From Chloroflexota bacterium (lineage in GTDB: Bacteria; Chloroflexota; Anaerolineae; Anaerolineales; UBA11858): a DNA stretch of 52,361 nucleotides. Below are positions 46,517 to 52,361 of this stretch, piece after piece. The notes beneath the pieces are model-generated. The model did not search any database, was not told the DNA's origin, and saw only the letters and a list, made by a program, of their open reading frames with translations. Made by a program: the position numbers and the translations under genes. Within the stretch, counting starts at the first letter, position 1; each line of letters begins with the position of its first letter. The DNA is taken from the NCBI GenBank assembly GCA_030608465.1, contig JAUWEC010000001.1, forward strand, positions 1 through 52,361, in the 5' to 3' direction.

Positions 46517-47866
46517 ATGGTGACTGATGTTGTAATATTAGCTGCGGGAAAAGGGACGAGAATGCGTTCAGATTTTCCTAAACCCTTGCATTCCTTAATG
46601 GGAAAACCGATCATTCATTATGTTTTGGAATCTGCCGCTCCCCTGGTAAAAAGTGATCCGGTGGTAGTCCTGGGGTATGGCGCTGAACAAATCTGCCAAG
46701 CCCTGGGGGAGAACGTGCGCTTTGTTGATCAAGGTGAATTGCTTGGAACAGGTCACGCTGTCAGGCAGGCAGAATCACTCCTAAAGGGTCAATCTGATCT
46801 AGTACTGGTCACTTGCGTGGATATGCCGTTGGTCCGGACCCGGACACTGCAGCAATTAATTGATACCCAGAAATCCAATTCAGGACCGATGACCTTATTA
46901 ACGGTATATGAAGAGGATCCCAGGGGTTTTGGCAGAATAATTCGAAACGCAGATGGGAAAATCCAGGCAATTGTTGAGGAGGCAGACGCTTCCGCAGAGC
47001 AGCTGGAGGTCACTGAATTAAATGCCTCCATGTATTGTTTTAATGCGGATTGGCTGTGGGAAAACCTGAAGAATATTAAATTATCTCCCAAGGGGGAATA
47101 TTATCTAACTGATTTGGTAGCATTGGGAATAAACCAGGATCAAGACATAGAAACCGTACCTGCTGAGGATCCTGAAGAACTCATTGGCATAAATACACGG
47201 GTTCATTTGGCTGAGGCTGGAAAAATTCTTCGCAGGAGAATCAATGAGGAGTTAATGCTCTCGGGAGTCAGCCTCATGGATCCGGACACAGTATATATTG
47301 AGTCGGATGTGAAAATTGGTCAAGATACAGTGATTCTGCCCAACACATTTCTCCAGGGAGAGACATCAATTGGCAATAACTGCCAGATTGGCCCAGATAC
47401 CAGGATCTTCAAGAGTCAAATCGGAGATTCCTGTGAAATTGAGTTTTCTGTGATCGAGGAGTCAAAAATTGAAAACGGGGTGGATATTGGTCCATTCAGC
47501 CACCTGCGGAAAGGTACCCATATCGGTCCGGGTGTCCACATCGGTAATTTTGGCGAGATAAAGGATTCTTATCTAGGCGAAGGAACCAAGGTGGGTCATT
47601 TTTCCTACTTAGGAAATGCCCAAATTGGTAAGGATGTAAATATTGGAGCGGGAACCATTACCTGCAATTATGATGGACATAAGAAACATCAAACGATCAT
47701 TAGAGATGGAGTTTTTATTGGTAGTGATTCAATGCTGGTTGCTCCGCTTGAGCTAGGGGAGAACTCTACCACCGGCGCAGGTTCTGTAGTAACAAAGGAT
47801 GTTCCGCCTGATACGGTTGTGGCAGGTATTCCAGCCAGAAAAATAGCGAAAAGGAAGAAAGAATAA
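46517..47866 (+). CDS. glmU: Bifunctional UDP-N-acetylglucosamine diphosphorylase / glucosamine-1-phosphate N-acetyltransferase
   Basis: N-terminal VILAAGKGTRMRS nucleotidyltransferase motif. C-terminal left-handed beta-helix hexapeptide repeats (IGNNCQIGPDTRI..., IGPGVHIGNFGEI..., IGKDVNIGAGTIT...). Confidence 0.92.
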   Translation: MVTDVVILAAGKGTRMRSDFPKPLHSLMGKPIIHYVLESAAPLVKSDPVVVLGYGAEQICQALGENVRFVDQGELLGTGHAVRQAESLLKGQSDLVLVTCVDMPLVRTRTLQQLIDTQKSNSGPMTLLTVYEEDPRGFGRIIRNADGKIQAIVEEADASAEQLEVTELNASMYCFNADWLWENLKNIKLSPKGEYYLTDLVALGINQDQDIETVPAEDPEELIGINTRVHLAEAGKILRRRINEELMLSGVSLMDPDTVYIESDVKIGQDTVILPNTFLQGETSIGNNCQIGPDTRIFKSQIGDSCEIEFSVIEESKIENGVDIGPFSHLRKGTHIGPGVHIGNFGEIKDSYLGEGTKVGHFSYLGNAQIGKDVNIGAGTITCNYDGHKKHQTIIRDGVFIGSDSMLVAPLELGENSTTGAGSVVTKDVPPDTVVAGIPARKIAKRKKE

Positions 47867-47870
47867 TTTA

Positions 47871-49145
47871 ATGATCACGATTGTTGCATTTTTGTTGATT
47901 TTAGCGCTGGTTCTGGATGTGTATTTATCTGCTGCCCTTTCAGTATTTGGCAAGATACATTTCATCCGACAGCTTCAAAAGTTCAAGGAAAAATCACGAC
48001 AGGCTGACTGGGCTCATTCTCTTCTGGAAAATTATTCTCGGGTGAATACCGGACTGAAAATTGTCCAGATGCTGATCCGTTTTAGCGCTGTGGGTTTATT
48101 GCTTCAACTTGTCCGCTGGGGTAATTCCATGGATTGGGACTGGTGGTATTACCTCTCATTTTTAGCAGGGGCGATGCTTCTGGCAATTCTGGAATGGGGG
48201 GCATCTATGAGCGTTGTTAAGGATCCGGAAGGCTGGATGCTAAAGTTGAGCGGAGGTATTAGATTTATCAACCGCATTGTTTCTCCGCTGGTAACCTTTT
48301 TATTTTTGTTTACCAGGGATTTAGAAGAAGCACAAAAGAAATTGGATCAAGTTAGTGAGGAAGAGATCAAGAGCCTGGTGGATGAAAGCCATGAGGATGG
48401 AATTCTTGAAAAAGAAGAAAGAAAAATGATTCATTCGGTTTTCCGGTTGGATGATACTCTAACCCGTGAAATCATGGTTCCCCGGATCGATATATTGACA
48501 ATGGAGGCGAGCGTTCCATTTCCCGAAACTGTGAAACAATTTGTGGAATCTGGATTCTCGAGGATCCCGATTTATCAGGAAAAAGTGGATAATATTGTCG
48601 GTTTGCTTTACGCCAAGGACCTCCTGGAGGTAGCTGGTAACGGAGAATACCACGGGGGAATCTCTGAATTAATGCGCAGCGTCTATTTTGTTCCGGAAAC
48701 CAAAGTGATCAATGAACTATTGGCCGATATGCAGAAAAGACGCGTCCATCTAGCAATAGTGGTCGACGAATACGGCGGGGTAGCCGGCATGCTCACCATG
48801 GAGGATATCATCGAAGAAATTTTCGGAGAAATCCAAGATGAATATGACGCAGAAGAAACTATTTACCGGGTGATAGGTCCAGATGAATATATTTTTCTGG
48901 GAAAGATAGATGTTGATGATTTGAATCTGATTCTTGAAAGTTCTCTCCCCAACCAGGAAGCAGATACATTAGGTGGCTTAATATACTACCGTTTGGGGCA
49001 TGTACCCCAATTGGGAGAAGTAGTAAAATTTGATAACCTGTTGATGACTGTTGAGCAAGTGGATGAACACCGGATCAACAAGGTACGCATAAATAAGATA
49101 GCTGACGAATTGGCTGGTGAGGAGAAAAATAAAAATGACGATTAG
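47871..49145 (+). CDS. Hemolysin-family / CorC-type protein (DUF21 CNNM TM domain + CBS pair + CorC_HlyC)
   Basis: Four N-terminal TM helices, CBS-pair region (TREIMVPRIDILTM...IVGLLYAKDLL...VVDEYGGVAGMLTMEDIIEEI), and a C-terminal transporter-associated domain. Confidence 0.88.
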   Translation: MITIVAFLLILALVLDVYLSAALSVFGKIHFIRQLQKFKEKSRQADWAHSLLENYSRVNTGLKIVQMLIRFSAVGLLLQLVRWGNSMDWDWWYYLSFLAGAMLLAILEWGASMSVVKDPEGWMLKLSGGIRFINRIVSPLVTFLFLFTRDLEEAQKKLDQVSEEEIKSLVDESHEDGILEKEERKMIHSVFRLDDTLTREIMVPRIDILTMEASVPFPETVKQFVESGFSRIPIYQEKVDNIVGLLYAKDLLEVAGNGEYHGGISELMRSVYFVPETKVINELLADMQKRRVHLAIVVDEYGGVAGMLTMEDIIEEIFGEIQDEYDAEETIYRVIGPDEYIFLGKIDVDDLNLILESSLPNQEADTLGGLIYYRLGHVPQLGEVVKFDNLLMTVEQVDEHRINKVRINKIADELAGEEKNKNDD

Positions 49146-49542
49146 TGATGAAAAACGACAGGAGTTAATCCACGAAGCAACTCAGGTCCGGTCCAGAGCT
49201 TATGCTCCATATTCTAACTACCTGGTCGGGGCGGCTCTGTTAACAAAGAAAGGTCAAATCTTTATCGGTGTGAATGTTGAAAATGCCGCGTATCCCGATT
49301 CAATCTGCGCAGAGAGATCGGCAATCTTCAGCGCAGTCAGCGCGGGAGAACGTGAATTTGAAGCAATCGCGGTGTCAACTCGGAATGGGGGTGCTCCCTG
49401 CGGTTCCTGCCGGCAGGTATTATCAGAATTCGGGTTGGATATCGAGGTCCTGCTTGTTGACGAGGGTGAGAATTTGCTTCAACAGAGCACTGTTCGTGAC
49501 CTCCTCCCCTCTGCATTTCTTGGTCGGGATCTGATAGAGTAA
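49135..49542 (+). CDS. cdd: Cytidine deaminase
   Basis: Zinc/catalytic motifs CAERSAIF and PCGSCRQ. Start taken at ATG 49135 (GGTGAGGAG upstream); the ORF also opens at 49117. Confidence 0.9.
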   Translation: MTISDEKRQELIHEATQVRSRAYAPYSNYLVGAALLTKKGQIFIGVNVENAAYPDSICAERSAIFSAVSAGEREFEAIAVSTRNGGAPCGSCRQVLSEFGLDIEVLLVDEGENLLQQSTVRDLLPSAFLGRDLIE

Positions 49543-49546
49543 AAAG

Positions 49547-50767
49547 TTACCAATCCGGCTGAGGGGTTGGGATCAAGAGTAGATTCTCAATTACCCAGCC
49601 GTCTTGTTCTTCTCCATCCTCATTAAAGAATCGTATATTTAACCAATTTCTTCCCTGTTCATCGTAGGACGGGGAGGGATTAATGATTTCAATGACTGTG
49701 CCGTTAACCAGGGAAGTCAGAATTTGACTCTCCAAACTTGGTTCGCTGCGGATAAATGCCCCGGCATACTCCTTAGAAACAGCGATTTCTGCGTAAAATG
49801 GGGTTGGTTTTGGTGTTATCGTGCTGGTAGCCGTTGGAAGCGGAGTTGCGGTTGCAGTCGGTACAGTCGGGGAAGGCGTGGGAGTAGGGGGTATGGGAGT
49901 TTCTGTGGGGGTGAAGGTCGGTGGAACTGGCGTTACGGTTTGTGTTGCTGTGGGCACCAGAGTCGGCATGGCGATTTTCCCGCCAACGACAGCTCCCGCG
50001 CTGCTCAGACCAATTACCAGAACGATTCCCAGGATGGTAACCACACTTCCCAGGGTATAGCCAATGAAGCTCAGGGGCTTGATGCCCAGAATTATAAATA
50101 CAATTGTCCCGGTGATCGCCAGAACTGCCAGATGAATTCCAAAAACTACCAGTCCATCCGGCCAGAGGTGAGGTTGTCCACTTCCGAAGCCAAATCCGGC
50201 TATTGCCAGGGGCACATACAATTCATATGCCAGGGCGATGCTGGGCAATATTGGGATTTGATGCTGCCGTTTAATGCTGATAATAGAAAAGACAGTGCCG
50301 GCTATGAGCAGAATCAGGTGGGTCCAGGAAACCCTGGCGTTGTAAATTAGAAACTGAATATCCGGTGTCTTGAGCACAAAGGTTGCGTATCCTCCCAGTA
50401 TACCTACCAAAAATACAAATCCGCTGGCAACCATCGATCCGGTGAAGCGCTGGCCAAAAAACTTCAGCGATCCAGTTGCTGTTCCCAGAGAGATCCCGAT
50501 AAAAGGAGTGAGTGGTGGTGCGGCAAGCGCCCCCAGAACAAGCAGGGCAGGAGAATCAGCCAGAATGCTTGCCGTAATTATTGCTGCGGCCAGCAGTGAA
50601 AACAGAAAGAAATCAAAAGAAGGAATAGTGCTGTGGGCCAGTTTTTCTATATCTTCTGCTATTGAGACAAGGTCTTCCGGGACCAGACCTCTCTCTGCCC
50701 GACGACGACGAGCTGGTGATAAATCTTCTGGATCATCAGGGAATTGATCGGTTTTAGGGATAGACAT
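49547..50767 (-). CDS. DUF389-like polytopic membrane protein fused through a Pro/Thr-rich linker to a C-terminal SH3b-like domain
   Basis: ADSPALLVLGALAAPPLTPFIGISLGTATGSLKFF resembles the DUF389 core. About six TM helices, then about 55 residues of P/T-rich linker (TPVPPTFTPTETPIPPTPTPSPTVPTATATPLP). C-terminal YAGAFIRSEPSLESQILTSLVNGTVIEI...GWVIENLL is SH3b-like. Confidence 0.6.
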   Translation of the reverse strand: MSIPKTDQFPDDPEDLSPARRRRAERGLVPEDLVSIAEDIEKLAHSTIPSFDFFLFSLLAAAIITASILADSPALLVLGALAAPPLTPFIGISLGTATGSLKFFGQRFTGSMVASGFVFLVGILGGYATFVLKTPDIQFLIYNARVSWTHLILLIAGTVFSIISIKRQHQIPILPSIALAYELYVPLAIAGFGFGSGQPHLWPDGLVVFGIHLAVLAITGTIVFIILGIKPLSFIGYTLGSVVTILGIVLVIGLSSAGAVVGGKIAMPTLVPTATQTVTPVPPTFTPTETPIPPTPTPSPTVPTATATPLPTATSTITPKPTPFYAEIAVSKEYAGAFIRSEPSLESQILTSLVNGTVIEIINPSPSYDEQGRNWLNIRFFNEDGEEQDGWVIENLLLIPTPQPDW

Positions 50768-50785
50768 ATTTTTTCCAGTGTCTGG

Positions 50786-51256
50786 TCATTTTCTTAGGCT
50801 TGCTACTAAACGAGCAGGATGATTCAATATTGTCAGGGCAGAAACGATATCTGGCACAACAAGATCTGCCTGGAGTAATGTTTCCAGGGCTGCACCTTCT
50901 TCCGACAGGATGCAGATCCCGATTCTGGCTTCTTTCAGCAGCAGAGAATCATTTGCTCCTTGCCCAACAGCTGCTGAATGTTCCGCGCCGAGTTTAACAA
51001 GGTAAGCTGCTTTTTGCTCTGCTTCACATCCTTCTTTCACCCGGATAGCAGTCATCCCCAATTGCTGGTCAATTTCTGATTGTTTTCCATGTGTATCTGC
51101 CGTTAGTAGATGTATCTTAACTTTCTCACTTAGAACCTTCAGCAGGGAAAAAACTTCCGGAAGCAGAATTCCATCAACTGCAAGGGTTCCGTTAACATCA
51201 AAAACAACATGTTCAATTTTAAGTTCTCCCTCCCCGGGGATTTCGACATTAATCAT
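50786..51256 (-). CDS. HAD-superfamily hydrolase, soluble P-type-ATPase-like (COG4087 type)
   Basis: VVFDVNGTLA (DxxGT nucleophile motif) and VGQGANDSLLLKEA (GDGxND-like motif). 156 aa. Confidence 0.72.
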   Translation of the reverse strand: MINVEIPGEGELKIEHVVFDVNGTLAVDGILLPEVFSLLKVLSEKVKIHLLTADTHGKQSEIDQQLGMTAIRVKEGCEAEQKAAYLVKLGAEHSAAVGQGANDSLLLKEARIGICILSEEGAALETLLQADLVVPDIVSALTILNHPARLVASLRK

Positions 51257-51335
51257 ATTTTTAAATTATACTAGATAGAGCCCTCCCCTGGAAAAAGTAG
51301 TAAAATAAAATCTGGTTAACAAAACCAAGGAGAAA

Positions 51336-52358
51336 GTGTTGGTGAAAAATAAATTTTTTTACTATTTGTTATTAATAATTTTATTCCTGGTTGGATGTAA
51401 TTCACAACAGGATACTCAAACGCCAAGCAGTGAGCCGGTTTTTACAGAGACGCTTGTGCCGACTGCAACACAGTCTGACACGCCGACTCCGCTATCACCA
51501 GTTGGTGTGTTCCTAACTCCGCCTGAATCTGATCCAAACCTGGTAGAGGAATTAAATCCTCTGGTAGGGGAGTTTATTAGGGCTGAAGGACTCCGATTTC
51601 AAGTTCTCGAAACCATGGCCCCAGGAGATTTTCTGGTGGATGATTTCCGGTTTGTAGTTGTCCTCCCACCCTATCCAAATCTCAAGGCTCTGGCCCAGGG
51701 TGCTCCAGACACAAAATTCCTGGCTGTAGGATTTAATGATCTTGATCCCCTTGATAATCTTAGTGTTCTGCGTTTTGGCGGAGAGGATTACGGCGTTCAG
51801 GGGTTTATTGCTGGTTATATCGCTGCCATGATTACAACTGATTGGCGAGTAGCAGTGTTAAGCGTTCAAGAAAGTGATGATGCCCTGGCTGCCCGGGAGG
51901 GTTTCCGGGTGGGGGTGAAATATTTCTGCGGTTTGTGCAATCCGAAATATGCTCCGACTGGAATTCATTACCTTTACCCAAAATATATAGACCTCCCTGT
52001 TGACGCAAGTGACCCGGAGATAGAAGCCAATGTTAATCTGCTGATTGACCGGGCAGTAAATACCTTTTACATCGTTCCCGGCGCGGGAGATCCAAAAATT
52101 TACCAGATGCTGACCAACAACAATAAACTCATAATTGGCCCTGGCAGTGATTTCCGTGAGGAGTACAGGGACAATTGGGTCGCCTCGCTGGAGTATGATC
52201 TTGTTGCGGCTTTTGAGGTTATCTGGACGGCATTTCTGTCCGCTGAAACAGGGATTGAACAGACACCCCCTCTGTTAATTACTGACATTAACAGTGAACT
52301 GCTGAGTCCGGGAAAACTAAAATTGGCTGAAGGGATTTTGGAAGAAGTGTCTGATTGA
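51336..52358 (+). CDS. Lipoprotein, possibly BMP/PnrA-family-like substrate-binding fold
   Basis: Lipobox LFLVGCNS, a Thr/Pro-rich tether, and VQGFIAGYIAAMITT, which resembles the BMP-family AGYLAA segment. AAGGAG at 51327-51332 favours TTG 51339 or GTG 51342 over GTG 51336 as the start. Confidence 0.5.
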   Translation: MLVKNKFFYYLLLIILFLVGCNSQQDTQTPSSEPVFTETLVPTATQSDTPTPLSPVGVFLTPPESDPNLVEELNPLVGEFIRAEGLRFQVLETMAPGDFLVDDFRFVVVLPPYPNLKALAQGAPDTKFLAVGFNDLDPLDNLSVLRFGGEDYGVQGFIAGYIAAMITTDWRVAVLSVQESDDALAAREGFRVGVKYFCGLCNPKYAPTGIHYLYPKYIDLPVDASDPEIEANVNLLIDRAVNTFYIVPGAGDPKIYQMLTNNNKLIIGPGSDFREEYRDNWVASLEYDLVAAFEVIWTAFLSAETGIEQTPPLLITDINSELLSPGKLKLAEGILEEVSD

Positions 52359-52361
52359 TAT

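Noticed and set aside
49724-50350. 208-aa and 79-aa plus-strand ORFs rich in Gly/Arg/Cys/Val
   Set aside because: They are antisense to the Pro/Thr-rich linker and TM region of the DUF389-like gene, so they are low-complexity mirror frames.

Overview
Gene-dense 52.4-kb bacterial chromosomal window with about 46 protein-coding genes on both strands and one tRNA-Gln(UUG). I see no rRNA, CRISPR array, transposase, integrase or recognisable phage genes. All family calls come from motifs read in the translations; no similarity search was possible. The gene content (FHA/PP2C pair, VWA ectoproteins, Pro/Thr-rich linkers, many lipoproteins, frequent ATGA/GTGA gene overlaps) tentatively suggests a Chloroflexota/Anaerolineae-like organism. 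Most of the window is housekeeping or transport. This includes cbiQ-cbiO (ECF-type), a YyaL-type thioredoxin-domain protein, cfa, azlCD, an M28 peptidase, mobA, maf-PBP2-rsgA, a seven-gene peptide ABC locus, glmU-corC-cdd and HAD hydrolases. I found no clear-cut new multi-gene system. The best candidates for accessory or undescribed biology, roughly in order of interest: (1) an AT-rich hipB-hipA toxin-antitoxin islet with an operator-like repeat array and an adjacent metallophosphoesterase (12.4-15.3 kb); (2) a kinase-less FHA(VWA-like ectodomain)-PP2C operon convergent with a 764-aa membrane protein whose N-domain looks like a degenerate PP2C fold (25.1-30.3 kb); (3) a secreted VWA protein paired with a polytopic membrane protein carrying a tandem-repeat polyacidic tail (4.0-7.2 kb); (4) cfa translationally coupled to a flavin reductase-type gene (8.1-10.2 kb); (5) a 32-nt palindromic element present twice just after terminators (20.18 and 42.99 kb); (6) a probably leaderless REC-Roadblock-like response regulator (45.0-46.2 kb). 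A 56-aa two-helix membrane protein gene missing from the ORF track (20221-20391, minus strand) is also reported.
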